Below are positions 50,599 to 64,000 of a stretch of 64,000 nucleotides of DNA, one piece after another. The stretch comes from Octopus sinensis. Taxonomy: Eukaryota. The notes under the pieces are model-generated. The model was given only the letters and a program-made list of their open reading frames with translations, was not told the DNA's origin and did not search any database. The position numbers and the translations under genes are program-made. Position 1 is the stretch's first letter. Each line of letters begins with the position of its first letter. The stretch lies in contig NC_043019.1 of NCBI RefSeq assembly GCF_006345805.1, positions 2,232,001 through 2,296,000 on the forward strand, read 5' to 3'.

Positions 50599-51106
50599 CG
50601 GGAGTGGAACGTACAATTTCCTGTAAGCCAGACCGCCTCGTGATCCGAACAGACAAAATAGGATAGGCTTTGGCCCCGGAGGATGGTAAAGGAAATGCGC
50701 TGGATCAGCTACTCTTATTTTAAGGGGATCGCACTTGCGAACAGCAGGGATGTGCCCGTTTTCTTGACATATTTACTACCCAACTAGTTCATAATTAAAA
50801 CAAACTTAATCAGGCCAAATGCACATCCCCTAAAGATTATTAGCCACATCCCCTAAAGATTATTATGAGTAGTTATTTATAGTTTCAAGTGTAATGTCAA
50901 GAATTATGTCGTCTAGAATTCTCCAGTATGCAAAGTTGTTACAACTGGAACACATTGAAAAGTATGGTTAATAAGTTTCCGGATTACCAAATTTGATTCT
51001 AAACTCAATTAGCATTGGATCTGCTTAGATGCGTCAGGAATACTAGACTGTATATTAGACATACTACACACTTTTCCATTACCTAATTATACTCTGGAGG
51101 CAAGGG

Positions 51107-51403
51107 AAGGCGGCGACATAGCAGACACGTTAACACACCGGGCGAAATGCTTAGCAGGATTTCATGTTTTTTGGCGGCGAGCTGGCAGAAACGTTAGCAC
51201 ACCGGGCGAAATGCGTAGCCGTATTTCCTCTGCCGTTACGTTCTGGGTTCAAATTCCACCGAGGTCAACTTTGCCTTTCATCTTTTCGGGGTCGATAAAT
51301 TAAGTACCAGTTACGCACTGAGGTCGATGTAATCGACTTAACGCGTTTGTCTGTCCTTGTTTGTCCCCTCTGTGTTTAGCCCCTTGTGGGTAGTAAAGAA
51401 ATA
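51107..51403 (+). mobile_element. Family-A SINE (short head + full copy)
   Basis: Flanked by tactctggaggcaag and tactttggaggcaag, a probable TSD. Confidence 0.85.
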
Positions 51404-53734
51404 TATACTTTGGAGGCAAGAATAGAGCCAAGGCTATGGAAAAAAACACTTTATTTTTCTCAAGGTGTTATGAGGCGAGATCGGATTCAAAACTTCGTGA
51501 TTGTAAAGTGAAAGTCTTAATCAGTCAGCTATGCCTATTCCTCGTGAACAGTTATTAGAAATTGACTTCTGAAGCTGTTTCGTTTCTCAGCTGAGCACTC
51601 TTGCTTGAATCGTTCCTTCCCTTTGGTTTTGTATCACGTTATATATTCCTCCTGTATATACGCTTCTAAATTAATATCATATTGTTAATATACATTAATA
51701 TATTCTTCTTTCCTATGTCGAACGAAACCACCAATCCCCACCGAACACCCAGACTGTGACTTTTCGATATACTTTTATTGTTTCTGAATTTATTGAGTAG
51801 AAGAACATTTGTGGCATTGCTACACTAATTATGAGACAGTTCTTTTAAACGCGCTTCATAAATGGTGAGAGAAATAACCTATCAAAGTGCTGGTCACTTT
51901 TGAGGGATTTTCAAAACTCAATGAAATGCATGGAGCTAAATCGTTAAATTTTTTTATATACCGAGTTAAAATTCCTCAAGCTTGACTTATCCTTTCATTC
52001 TTCTAAGAGTGTGACTGTTTTTAAATCTTGTTTAAAATTCGCCATGTTATTTCTAAAATATTTATTTCTGGTTTAGACACAAAACCACAAGTGTTTGGAT
52101 AGAAATATAGTCGAATTTTATCGAAACTAGACAAATAATTGCTTTAACGAACTCGGAAGGATGAAAGACAAATTTGTTCTCAGTGAGATTTGAACTAAAT
52201 ACTACAATGAATTTTGTCCTCACTCTGTTATTTTTTGAAATAACAGCGTGTTGCATTTGTTTACAATAATATTTCCTGACATTCATCATAAAATGATGTT
52301 GATCAAAGTATCACTGAACATTAAAAACGTAAATAAAACTCTCGTCAACAGGAAGTTTGACATTGAGTGTAACATTACTGGAATATGGAAACGTTATATG
52401 TTTTGTTCTTTTATATGATTACTTTGAAGATTGTATTCTTGTCACTGACCTCTGTAGTTCATGGGGGCTGCTTTTTATATCTAGTTTCTCTGATGGTAAG
52501 CCGATTAAGGACAGATGTGTAATAGAACCGAACATCATGTTAGTTAGTAATACGTAATCAACGCAATGTGACTTTGGTTGAGTACCATAATTGGATTAAC
52601 AGGAAAGGAAATACAAGCATGATATATACGTAACCTCTCCTAGACCAGTCGAAATGCACGTGAGATGAAAAATAGTATAATGGGCACAGGAAACGTACGT
52701 CCCTGAATCTCTCATGGATATTAGGAGCGTTGAACGGAAATGAAATGTAAAAGAGGTCTAAACCGGGTGGTTCTCTCAGCTATCTGATAATCGTCAACGT
52801 ATGTTTCTAAGATTATGATACTGTTTTCTCGGTACATAAAACACGTGTTGTAGATTGTCACCAAGTAATTAAGGCTTCAAATTAAAATGTGATAGATCCC
52901 CATAGTTATTGAAATTAGTCGCTGCTAATTTGGTAAAGCAGTGCTGATCGACTAAAACTTGCGATCAGATGAATTCCAGCCGTCACCAGCCGGTTCTTTA
53001 GCGCGTATGTAGGAATATGCTGTCTCGTGCATTTTTCTTGTTTAAAACCTTGAAGTGTGATTTGAGGGCAATTTGGATCCTATTTTTAACAGACCAGAGC
53101 AGACATATAAAGCTTCCTTTGTTATCGCGTGGAATGCGAATTAATTATCCACCGGGTAGCGTTCAAATGTTCTTGCTATCTTTTACCCAAATAACATAGC
53201 CGTGTGTAGGTACGGTAAGATGGAAAGAATAACTGACGGTGCCTAAATATTATAGTTTCTATAGGTACGATAGTGTGGAAAGAAACCTCTGTGTTGTTTG
53301 AATAACATATCTTCATGTAGATATGATAACATGGAGAAAATTCATCTTTATTGCTTAAAAAACATTGCTGTGAGTAGGCACATTAAGTGAGAAAATTCAC
53401 CGGCACCACCCAAACAACAACAGTTTCGATAATGCGAAAAGAACCACCATTATAAATAGAGGTAATACTACAAAAGTGATGATTATTTCGGCTTTTTCTT
53501 TTACGTCTTACTGAGCAAGAACTGCAGTTATACAGAGCATCTAAAACGAGTTAAGTGGGTGGGGACACAACCTACGCAAAGCTTACCTGGCCGTAAGCTT
53601 TGCAAAAGAGAGGTCTTCACTAAATGCACGGAAGGACAAGCTAGTGGCAATTGTTCAACCTGTTAAAAATAGTAGTTGATTTTCTTTCTAACCATCCCAT
53701 ATCAATTTTATAAAACGAACCCTTTCGATAATGT

Positions 53735-54101
53735 TGGCAGAAACGATAGCGCGCCGGGCGAAATGCTTAGCGGTATTTCGTCTGTCGCTACGTTCTGAGT
53801 TAAAAATTAGCCGAGGTCGATTTTGCCTTTCAACCATTCGGGGTCGATAAATTAAGTACCAGTTACGCACTGGGGTCGATATAATCGACTTAATCCGTTT
53901 GTCTTCTCTGTGTTTAGTCCCTTGTGGGTAGTAAAGAAATAGGTATTTCGTCTGTCGCTACGTTCTGAGTTCAAATTCCGCCGAGGTCGACTTTGCCTTT
54001 CATCCTTTCGGGGTCGATAAATAAAGTACCAGTTTCGCACTGGGATCGATTTAATTGTTTGTCCCCTCTATGTTTAGCCCCTTGTGGGTAGTAAAGAAAT
54101 A
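53735..54101 (+). mobile_element. Family-A SINE dimer
   Basis: Internal junction after 53941 is identical to that after 30537. Confidence 0.85.
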
Positions 54102-54957
54102 TATATTATGCCAGAAGAAGATGCGATGGCCATAGCTAGAATGCCTGTTATAAAAAGCCTTCTTGGTTAGTGCCGATTTAGAGTTAGAAGACAACAACAT
54201 ATTCACTGAGAATTTCGTGCCATGCGTGTCATAAGGCGATGGGCTGGTTTAAAACTCAAGCAACCGAATTGATGGTTGTTACAGCGACAATCTTTCATTC
54301 GAGTCACCTAGTTCTCACCCTCTGGAAAAATAAAAACAATCATACAACGAAATATTAACCTCTGTGTGGTTGATCGACCTACATGTATCAATAGCCAAAT
54401 CTCTTTCAACCTATTAATATGTCTTAAATGAAGAATCTTATGTTATATAATATAGTTATAGATAAGAGGGGATGGTCCCAGCTTGAGCTCGTTTAATCAT
54501 GGGCTTACATGTAAAAACTGACTAAAGACTAAACAACAATGTTAAGATCCTTTAAAACAATAAATAACTCAAAAAGTCTGGGAAAATAACAAACGTGTAT
54601 GCGATGTTTTTTGAACGTATCATGCTTTAAAAAACAAGAAAAATAGTAGGTTTTTACCAAGGGAAAGAGTTACAAATAAGACAAAAAAAAACTAGTTATA
54701 AGTTGTAATACTTGACGAACACACAGCTTGGTTAAGCTAGTCTTTCTCTGTTTATCTAAATTTTCAATGAAACTCTTTGATTACGAAGTGAAAGAAAGGA
54801 AAGGGAAGAAATGGGACAGTTATAAACACGTTTTTGTTCATGTAATATTCACTTAAAATTATTGCCAGCCACAGTCAGCCTATTCAGTTCGCACTGTCAC
54901 ACATGTTGTCTCTAAACCCAAACCCATGTGTATCCATATCATATATGTAGGTATATA

Positions 54958-55008
<51 letters not shown>

Positions 55009-55571
55009 TACATATATGTTTTTTAAAGCATGATAAATATACACACACACCATACACACGCACATACATGAATGTATAGGTAAATGTGTGTGTGTGTGAA
55101 AATGTATATTTTTTGTTTATATATGTATATATACATATATAGATATATACACATTAATGCACACACGTACCCGCGCGCATACATATATATATAAACACAC
55201 ATACACACACATACAGACACACACGAAAACACGGATGGATGCATGGATGGATGCATGGATTGATGCATGGATGGATGGATTATATTGTAGCATATTTCAT
55301 AATAAACTTACATACATACATGTATGTATGTATGTATGTATGTATGCTGTGCCATGCTGAGCCAGTGTGGCAGAGTAGACTCACAAGACCACTTTGATCT
55401 CAAGCTCAATTCACGGCCACCATATCGGGCCGTGGTTGGTGGACAGATCATGCTGAGGCTTTCGTCTTGCAGTTGACTGACCATAGCCAAGCCAATCCAA
55501 TGCATGCATGCATACATATAAATTGTGTGTATGTGGGTGTGATCGTATATATGGATATGTATATACACATG

Positions 55572-55611
<40 letters not shown>

Positions 55612-55612
55612 A

Positions 55613-55649
<37 letters not shown>

Positions 55650-55651
<2 letters not shown>

Positions 55652-55857
55652 AATTAGAGAAAACCACCTTTTATCAATTCAAAATGAACAATTAAATTAC
55701 ACCATCTAGAAAATTACATATAATAGAAATATTAAAATTAAAATAACAATGAAATACCAATGATTAAGTAAATTATATTATGTGAAATTTGAGTTAGTTT
55801 CTCTAAATTGAATTTTTTTCCCTGTAAGTTAGGATTAATATTCCCTCAAATAATTAT

Positions 55858-55860
<3 letters not shown>
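55650..55860. repeat. AT-rich interspersed repeat, rearranged (family of 12720-13120)
   Basis: Arm in plus orientation joined to the inverse of the upstream module. Confidence 0.75.
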
Positions 55861-55898
<38 letters not shown>

Positions 55899-56032
55899 AT
55901 TAATCAGCCGAAATTACTACGATGATCCGGTTCTTGACTGAAGACTGAGGGTTTCGAATGTCCTGTCCGTGTTTATTGTGTCGTCTTCTAAGAGTTATAC
56001 GTTCTTGTCCATGTTGTATTTTTCTACATACC

Positions 56033-56096
<64 letters not shown>

Positions 56097-56156
56097 GTGC
56101 ATTTGCGTTTGTACAAACGTACATGCATGCATACATAATGCAAAATTTACTACTTA

Positions 56157-56380
56157 CAAGGGTGGGGTGCTGATAAGTTCCTGACTTTAAAGGTCTCCCG
56201 AAAGGCTTGGTTGCAGGCCCAACCTTCCGAATTCCTTTACAAGGATTAGGAAAAACTTGAAGGGTTGCTGCAGTGAGTGTGTGAATCTGAGAGGAGAGAA
56301 TACGTCGAATAAAATCATAAATAACTGACCTTCCTGTATTTTCTTTTAACCAAAGCCAGGAACTTTTCAGCACCCTGTCG
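56157..56380 (+). mobile_element. Mariner-derived MITE
   Basis: TIRs gggtgctgataagttcctgacttt and aaagccaggaacttttcagcaccc; TA at 56155-56156 and 56381-56382; internal remnant of the transposase C-terminus (ECVNLRG). Confidence 0.82.
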
Positions 56381-56744
56381 TATGTGCATCTGTGCACCCG
56401 CACACACACACACAAAGATACACACAGATTTACATGCAACAAGTTTATTTACTATAGAACTCTACTAAGGTATTCCTGTGTTTTCCGTGACTTCTAGATT
56501 CTATTACTTGGCACGCCCATTCATACAATTACACAAAAGAGAGCTTTATAACAAATCTGAATAAAATGAACGATCGTTAAACAATGTCATAATACTCGAA
56601 GGTTTTGTTGCTATCGTTGCTCTTATCGTGTTTGTTGTTGTTGTTGTTGTTGCTGCTGCGCTGTTGTGATTGCTATATCGTCGTTGTTGTTGTTGTTGTT
56701 GTTTTTGCTTATTCCTTGTTGTTGCTGTTTGTTTGTTTGTATGT

Positions 56745-57112
56745 TTGTTTCTTGAGCGAAGCGGTCTTCGTCCCATTAGTGGGAGAAGTCCGAAACGTGG
56801 TCCTTTGCTATTCGTAAGACCCGCAGAAGAGAAAGCAGGTCAAACCCCGCCGACACCGAGAGCATCGACGGATGGATGAATGCGCATCCAGGCTCAGCGG
56901 TTGCGTAGGAAGTCGGGGACAAGAAACAGGAAGAAAGAGTGAGAGAAAGTTGGGGCGAAAGAGTACAACAGGGGTCGCCACCACTCCCTGCCGGAGCCTC
57001 GTGAAGCTTTAGGGGTTTTCGCTCAATAAATACATACAACGCCCGGTCTGGGAATCGAAACCACGATCCTCCGACTGTGAGTCTGCTGCCCTAACCACTG
57101 GGCCATTGCGCC
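56745..57112 (-). mobile_element. Family-F SINE, tail type 3
   Basis: Head and body homologous to 10256-10541 and 34959-35251; distinct tail running into (AAAC)n/(AAC)n. Confidence 0.82.
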
Positions 57113-57151
57113 TGTTGTTGCTGTTGATGTTTAGCTCCAGGAAAATTACAA

Positions 57152-57311
57152 CCAGTGGCGTAGTTATACTATGTGCCAACCGAGATAGCCCTTGACTTTG
57201 CCGCCACCCACCCCGGGCCGCCGAGATTATACCACAGAAACAAAGTGGTCACTTCCACAAACGAACCCCGTGTGGGCTGCTCCTTCCTCTCCACCACCCC
57301 CAGCTACCATT
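57152..57311. mobile_element. Possible small TIR element
   Basis: cagtggcgtag at left, degenerate inverse gctaccattg at right; GC-rich interior; no TSD. Confidence 0.3.
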
Positions 57312-57600
57312 GATCCTTACTAGGCAAATCAACGGCACACCCGTCCCTTTAGCTAATGTCTAGAATTGCATTATTTAATGTGCTTGTCCTTCCCTTCCTT
57401 TAAAAATAGTAGTGTGTAACTTGATGGGATACTGGTTGTTATTTCTAGTGGGCGGAGTAGCCATATATAGTTTCAAGGTTTTACTCAATTTACTTGTAGT
57501 TGCTAATGTTTAACCCAGTTAGATTACTCTGATCATATGTATTCTGACCGTGATAATCACATCCTTTTCCGAAGAACAGCTAGTTTCACATTATCTAACA

Positions 57601-57860
57601 CAGTGGTTGTCAACTGGGGTCCATATGGCCCTTGGGTATCCATATGATCCTTGTGGGTTCATATAAGATTTAGTTGATAAACATTATCAGCAATAAATTG
57701 GTTATACTTCTATAACACGCAAAATATTTTAATAATTTTTGATAATATTTAATTATAAAAATAGAACAGGACTTTTAAATAGCAAATGGCTGTAAGGGCC
57801 CACCGGAGTAAACTAAGAATCGAAGGGGTTCATAGGTAAAAAAATGGTTGAGAACCACTG
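57601..57860. mobile_element. hAT (Charlie-like) MITE with 8-bp TSD
   Basis: CAGTGGTTGTCAAC ... GGTTGAGAACCACTG; TSD ATCTAACA/ATCTAACG. Confidence 0.88.
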
Positions 57861-58004
57861 ATCTAACGTGTTATTTTCTAAGCCAATAATATGTATTTTG
57901 AGTGCAATCTGGTTCATATTTCTACAAACAGTATCACCAAATGTAGTTTCCTTCTTGGCCGCTTCTAAATTTAGTTGAATAATTACTGTAGTTTTATGCT
58001 TTAT

Positions 58005-58345
58005 CATTTATTGTTTCAGTCATTGGACTGTGGCATTTCTGGCGCGCCGCCTTGAAGGATTTAGTCGAACAAATCAGCCCCAGGACTTATTCTTAAGTCT
58101 GATACTTATTCTATCAGTTCATTTTGCCGAAATGCTAATTTGCGAGCCCTTAAACAACGTAAGATCGATTTTCAAACACTAGTGCGGGGTTGGGGAGGGC
58201 GAACAAACAGAAAGACGCACAAATTTACTTCAATATAGTATCCGTCGACCAAATTCGTTCGCAAGGCATTGGACAGTCCGGGGCTATAGTAAAAGACGTG
58301 TCACACAGTGGAACAATCTGGAATCGTGTGGTTTTCAAAGCAGTC
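58005..58345 (-). mobile_element. Degenerate family-B SINE
   Basis: tttcagtcattggactgtggc...ttgccgaaatgcta...gtcgaccaaattcgttcgcaaggc. Confidence 0.7.
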
Positions 58346-59594
58346 TCTTCGACCGTCTAGCATCCTTCTAAAACACTTAAAATGGTAGTTATCTCCATAC
58401 ATGAATTAAGAGGGTGTTAATACAGCCTAACCCTCAATGAGTCCTAATATAGAAGACCTATGACCACGGACGGAGAGATTTTTGATCATGTTTCCTCCAA
58501 AGGGATTAAAGAGGCTTAAACCAAAGCAAATCAGTGTTCAAATAATTCCTCCAGTGACCACTTGAAAGGAATCTTTCAAAGACCGCTTTATGTAACCAAA
58601 CAACCAATCATTAGGTTAATTCTAGTTTAAATCGCTGAGGAGAGAAAATAAATATATGAATTGGAAATTAGTCTATCTTCGACAGTATCCTGAGAAGGCT
58701 TCACATCTTTTCCCGACTCCAAATTAAAGAAGGGTTTATAAATCGTCTGATGTAATTTTGAACGCGAGACATCAAGAGTGAGAAGTCATTCAAATTGTAG
58801 ATCTGAATTCTCTTCTTTCTAAGTCAAAGATTTGCAAATATTGTCGCCGTCGATGTAGTATATAATGTAAACATAAAGTGTAAACATTCAAACATCATCA
58901 TCGTCTTTCCAAAACCTGGAATTTGCAATCCCCCCGAAACATCTTGTATAAGTCTGTCTACCTCTTTTCGTTGTAAACTTTAGATAAAAATCTTGACTTG
59001 CATGCCAGAAAATACGATAGTTAACTCTGACGTTAAGCACTTGACTTTGAAAAAACAACCGTTGCATAATGACTGTCTGTCTAGAATTCCAAGGCAATTC
59101 TAACATAAAGTGAGGGTGTTGCTGTTTAGCCATTTCGGTACTGATTTATCAATTCTACGATCAAACGTCGACCTACCCTCCAAGCCAGTGAGACGGTCTC
59201 ATTCGAAAGTAGCAAACAATGCAAAGAAGCATATTGTGACAAGCGGTCTATAACGATAGTCTGATCGATACAGTGATACAGTGACGATCAAACGTGTTCC
59301 ATTCTTGACATCCAGTCTTTGGATTACTAAATGAATATAATAACAAAAAATTGCGTTTGTGCGATTTTATTGTTTGTTTCTTAAGCCGATGGTACGTAAT
59401 TTGAGGGATATTTGGCTGTTATTTCTAGCCGTTCGCACTACTGTAGAAGGGTTCCCTTGATGTCTCAGAAATTAGATATGTTGTTCCGTAAAAACAATTT
59501 TTATATTAATTCAAATAACATTGGAAAGAATTAAAATAAATGAAATAACAAAAAGAAAACCCGATAAATTTACTCCATCTATTTAATCCATGTA

Positions 59595-60168
59595 TTGGGT
59601 TGACCGGAAAGTTCGTGCCGATTTTTAAAGGAAAGAAAAAAGGCAATAAATACTTGCCATTACCCAAGCTTTACCAAGTACTCATGAACGACGGATTTTG
59701 ATAGGTTGAGGCTTTCTGCAAATACTCGGGTTGTGCAATGTGGGTTATTCTCAATTAATGACTTGATATGGTCATTACCTGTAGTGGATGGTCTGCCTGA
59801 TCGCTCTTTATCAATAAAGCCACAATCTCCAGATCAGAACCTTGCGAACCACGTCCGTACAGTTCTTTCGGATGAAGAAACATCACCGTAAACAATGCAT
59901 ATTTCTTTGGTTGCTTGTGAGGCATTTTTCCCTTTACGGAAAAAGAAAAGCATCAAGTGCCGAAAATGAACTTTCTTATCTTCCATTTTAAAGGGCTACA
60001 GAATTAACACAGGTTATAGGAACATAAACCTTCTTCCACGAAAAGATAGCTTAAACTGTGCTCTAAATGGAGATGTAGTCAAATCCTATTTTATGGGCTC
60101 AACCATGTTCTAAATTAAGTCGAAAGTTAAGCTACTATAAATCGGCACGAACTTTCCGGACAACCCAA
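59595..60168 (-). mobile_element. Internally deleted mariner element with transposase N-terminus
   Basis: TIRs TTGGGTTGACCGGAAAGTTCGTGCCGATTT and near-exact inverse, TA on both sides; 59986-59660 reads MEDKKVHFRHLMLFFFRKGKNASQATKEICIVYG...TVRTWFARF*SGD...DKERSGRP (mariner helix-turn-helix domain, one internal stop). Confidence 0.93.
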
Positions 60169-61159
60169 TATTTAATCCTTCCTTATTAAAGATGACAGAG
60201 TGCAGCTTGAGTGCAATTCAACAGCTATTTATAGCAGATCGAGCCGCTTCTTAGAGACTGTTCTCTGTCTGAAAATATCAACACGTAAGGTGTTACGTCA
60301 ACCATGTTTCATAACACTTCTTATCCTGTTATCGTTATCTAAACATATACAAATATATACAACAGCGTTTCCTAATGGCATTTCCATTAGGAACACGGGG
60401 TAAAGAGATTTTTAACCATGCACTTGTCTTAATTCTAAAGAAAACATAAAATGTTATTCGCACAACACAACGCAATGACCTTATGAATTCCTTTTTATCA
60501 ACTTCGTCTTTTTACTTCTTTCAACGATTCACAAATATCAGTTTCCTCTCTCTCCTCAAAACCGAAAATATTAAGGAAATGTCTTGCCATAAACTCCTTT
60601 TACAGCGACCCTACCATCCCTATCAACCAAATGTGTCGAAACGATCTTCCATTACATAGATTATAGTATATTTTCCTCAATATTTCCTGCAAAATCACAA
60701 AGAGCCTTTGTATAACTCAACGCCTACGCAATATGTATCGTATTTTCTTTTTTAAAGTTTTAGCTATATTTAAACGATGAATAACTCAAAATTCATAAAT
60801 CTTTAAACATCGTACACGTCTGTATTAATCAAAAAATATTTTACTCCCTACTTCTATCACGATCCTTATAATTCAAGTTGACCTATGATGAGCGTTTGTG
60901 AACCCTCACAGGCACATATATGTATACAGGTGGCGTATTTGAGTACAGACATGGAGGTCAAAACAGTGCTACATTGTAAGGAGTGTTATTATTATAACAG
61001 CTTTCAGTTCACATCTAGTTATTCAAATTTTACGTTATTCATCATTAGACTGAAAAAAAAGCCACGATCATCAGACTGAGGGTTCCTAACACGAAATGCG
61101 AGTAATTAGACATCTAGGCACGAGGCAGCTTTTATCATCTAGGCAGATTTTATCATTTT

Positions 61160-61584
<425 letters not shown>

Positions 61585-61874
61585 GAAAGAAAAGTTTGGT
61601 AGAACGAACAAGAGAAACAACGCAATACATGAGTATATACACGTGTACATATATGTCTGGGTATGCATTTATGCATGCATGTATGTATGTATTCACATGT
61701 AGTAACTGACAGGAATGTATCCCCATATACGTGATATCTCATGCGTTTCATTACATGTGAAACGACATACATTGAACTGTATGTGTTCCTGGGAGGTCGT
61801 CACTTTCAATAAAAGAATATGCACACTACATTGAGATGTGTTTTATCCTTTATTGAGCTGTTGTCTTCTTGATC

Positions 61875-61877
<3 letters not shown>

Positions 61878-61939
<62 letters not shown>

Positions 61940-62151
61940 TGATAATAATAATAATAATAATAATAATGATGATGAAGATGATAACAATAATAATAATAAT
62001 GATGATGAAGATGATAACAATAATAATAATAATGATAATAACAATAATAATAATAATGATAATAACAGTAATAATAATGATGATAATAATAATGATAATA
62101 ATAGTAATGGTAATAATGATGATAATAATAATGCTAATAACAATGATAATG

Positions 62152-62227
<76 letters not shown>

Positions 62228-62245
62228 TAATAATAAAAATAAAAA
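61878..62245. repeat. (AAT)n/(GAT) microsatellite
   Basis: Direct reading. Confidence 0.97.
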
Positions 62246-62485
62246 TGAAATTGTTGCATACAGTGTTCATATGCACTACAACTAAAAGAAGCTAAATAAA
62301 TAAAAAGGCATCTGGTGTACTGTTAGCGAATTTCAGGAAGCATGGCGGTTTTGTGTGATGTAGTGTCTCGACAGCTAAAAGCTGAAGTGGGTAGTTTATT
62401 CCATGCTTCAGCAATTCTGAACGTGTAAAAATGTTTCCAAATGTCATATTCGTGTATTTCACTTATAAATATATATATATATATA

Positions 62486-62879
62486 CTAGCAGTATCGCCC
62501 GGCGTTGCTCGGGTTTGTAAGGGAAATAACTATATAAGCATTTTTAGACATGTAAAGTATAATAGCCATCTCAATATGGCTAACCACAAAGGGGAGGTGT
62601 TACTGTAGCTTTTTACGTTCTGAGATTTAATAATAAATTTTTAGAGAGTTACTTCCCTTATATATGCCAAAAATGCATTAAAAATGGGAAAAATTGATGG
62701 TAATTTGTTTTTTAAATCGTAGACTCATTGTAGATGCGCGTTAATACCCAGAAGGGCTCGATATGAATCCCGACTATAAGATACCCGGTTTTGGTTAAAC
62801 TGCACCGCAAAATGTGGGAGTAGTTAGGAATCTAAATCGTAGGAGACAGACAACACAACCTCTCTTTTATATATAAAGA
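62486..62879 (-). mobile_element. Complete non-autonomous Helitron
   Basis: A|TCTTTATATATAAAA 5' end; hairpin CCCGAGCAACGCCGGG (62498-62513) 8 nt before CTAG|T; no TSD; inserted in (TA)n. Confidence 0.88.
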
Positions 62880-63364
62880 TATATATATATATAAATCAAA
62901 ATAAGCAACAAGGATATCCAGAGGTAATGCAGTATGATCGTTTCAAGCAACTCCATTTCATTTAACAGTGCAATCATTACATCAATTTAAATGCAGAGCA
63001 ATCCTCAGTTGCATAAAGACATAGAATTTAATTAAATTAAAACAGATGGACACATGAGTATAATTTTACCTAAAATGTCCAAGAAGGTAAGGAGATAGAC
63101 AAAGGAACTGCTGTCTTCAATTCAGCTTAGAAGCTACTAAGGTATCAGGAAGAAAGACTTGTTACAGATTTTTCTTGTCACTGTTTTATGGGGTCAGATT
63201 TAATTTATAGACTAGTTTATCAAATCTTTGAATATCTAAGGCCAAAAGAGCAAGGAGCAGTGCATGTTAGGAAGGGAGCTGAGGGTGTCGACAGAAATCA
63301 TAGAAGTATCGTCATAAAAGCTTCGAAATGGAAAGTAATTCCAGCCAAAGAAATTTTTGCTTTT

Positions 63365-63770
63365 GTTTCTTTTTTTTTCACTTGTTTCAGTCATATGACT
63401 GCGGCCATTCTAGAGCATTGCTTTTAGTCAATAAAATCGCCCCCAGAACTTATTCATTGTAAGCCTAGTATTTATTCTACCGGTGTATTTTGCCGAACCG
63501 CTAAGTTACGGGGATGTAAACAGACCAACATCGGTTGTCAAGCGATAGTGGTGGGATAAACACCGAATACAAACGCACACATACATACATATATATATAT
63601 ATAAATATATATATATTTGACGGGATTCTTGCAGTTTCCATCTAAAAAATCTACTCACGAGGCTTTGATCGGCCCTAGTCTATAGTAGAAGACATTTGCC
63701 CAAGGTACCACGCATTGAGACTGAACCCGGAACCATGTAGTAAGGAAGCAAGCTTCTTACCACACATCCA
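63365..63770 (-). mobile_element. Family-B SINE, near full length
   Basis: gactgcggccattctagagc...ttgccgaaccgctaagttacgggga...ctgaacccggaaccatg...cttcttaccacac. Confidence 0.85.
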
Positions 63771-64000
63771 TTTTTTTTTTTTATTCAACCACATGATGGT
63801 AACCTTCTGAAATTAGCTGAAACAAACCTTTTGATCCTACAGATCAAAAGTGAGAAATTAACTGACATATATGTAGGTCATCGCTTTTAAGTTCTTAAGA
63901 TCAATTTACTGTAATTAATTCGTGTGTCATTGCCATCTTTATTTCATTCGTTTACTGATATTCCTACTGCTCCACGACCGCCCCTATAATTGTTGATTTT

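Noticed and set aside
50821-50865. 21-bp direct duplication cacatcccctaaagattatta
   Set aside because: Simple local slippage with nothing inserted between the copies beyond 2 nt.
55936-55955. Hammerhead at CTGAAGA...GAATGTC (and relative near 10907)
   Set aside because: GAAT instead of GAAA, no stem II pairing and no stem I.

Overview
AT-rich, microsatellite-saturated eukaryotic DNA with no host gene I can support. The SINE families and (TA)n/(CA)n/(GATA)n density match what I recall of Octopus genomes; the organism is an inference. The window is layered mobile DNA: about 20 copies of one SINE family plus several other tRNA-headed SINE families, Tc1/mariner relics (mariner and DD37D-like), hAT and Merlin-like MITEs, non-autonomous Helitrons plus a Rep fragment, CR1 and RTE LINE fragments, and three decayed Penelope-like (PLE) RT/GIY-YIG ORF remnants. 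The main signal is RNA structure. By manual reading I find nine type I hammerhead ribozyme (HHR) or HHR-like motifs, the best being fully canonical at 28587-28669. Two separate arrays of a 356-358 bp HHR-bearing unit (11087-11750 and 44951-45626) have tandem plus inverted architecture, compensatory base changes between the two subfamilies, homologous end points in (TA)n tracts, and a PLE ORF remnant directly downstream. This looks like a retrozyme-like or PLE pseudo-LTR system. All alignments and folds were done by eye; no search or folding program was run, so novelty is unverified and many SINE boundaries are approximate.
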